A stretch of 62,795 nt of DNA, filler included, from Hausera hauseri (taxonomy: Eukaryota), in assembly GCA_046269625.1 (NCBI GenBank). It is 12 parts of 12 records of this genome, joined end to end, with 100 filler letters (N's around TTAATTAATTAA, not from the genome) between each part and the next. Parts side by side here need not be neighbours in the genome. Positions count along the whole stretch, not along the records: positions 58,553 to 62,795 come from JBJURY010679885.1; 11 more parts are not named here. The stretch is one strand, 5' to 3'. A program made the position numbers and the translations under genes. The notes below the pieces were generated by a model. That model did no database searches, was not told the DNA's origin, and saw only the letters and a program-made list of their open reading frames with translations. This document shows positions 62,701 to 62,795 of the stretch, in pieces (positions within the stretch are counted from its first letter, which is position 1; each line of letters opens with the position of its first letter).

Positions 62701-62795
62701 TGCAGACAAGAACGACAAATATTTTATCTGCCGACATTTACCTCTTCTATGAAATATATTTCAGGCATCGAAAATTTGGTAGCAAATTTTCTGTC
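59780..62795 (+). mobile_element. CsRn1-like Ty3/Gypsy element: UBL leader, Gag (CHCC), protease, RT, RNase H; decayed, runs off window
   Basis: Gag ITDSFVRANSLL. CIYHNNYQSQARSCVPGC is the CHCC motif typical of the CsRn1 clade. Protease INSGA...IGSDFL. RT MPFGLRSAYQTF...Y.DDI-like...KCNFFQKRVNFLGH. RNase H PLEFFSRKL...HELLAI...TDHKP. Confidence 0.9.

Overview
AT-rich eukaryotic (probably invertebrate) draft-assembly DNA. It is 12 unrelated contigs joined by 11 artificial 100-nt linkers (44 N + TTAATTAATTAA + 44 N), so no gene order can be inferred across linkers. Host-type genes: an intronless Ski2 RNA helicase, a large AT-hook/TTF-like/C2H2 zinc-finger gene, two saposin-domain exons, and a decayed GTF3C1 fragment abutting a SAPS/PPP6R fragment. 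Most of the rest is mobile DNA: an apparently intact hAT transposase element, a decayed Polinton/adintovirus-type protein-primed PolB, and CsRn1-like Ty3/Gypsy copies whose Gag is preceded by a ubiquitin-like domain. The most striking signal is four decayed, overlapping copies (26923-31616 -, 31717-36600 +, 43098-48258 -, 52434-58452 +) of one retroelement family. Together they reconstruct a very long reading frame: Gag capsid, CCHC knuckle, long helical region, ubiquitin-like domain, AT-hook, internal signal peptide, chuvirus-like (class III/gB-type) glycoprotein, transmembrane region, PSAP-containing tail, retropepsin protease, then a second Gag C-terminal helix with a CCHC knuckle. The envelope gene therefore lies between gag and protease instead of downstream of pol. 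All family assignments come from manual motif recognition; no searches were run.
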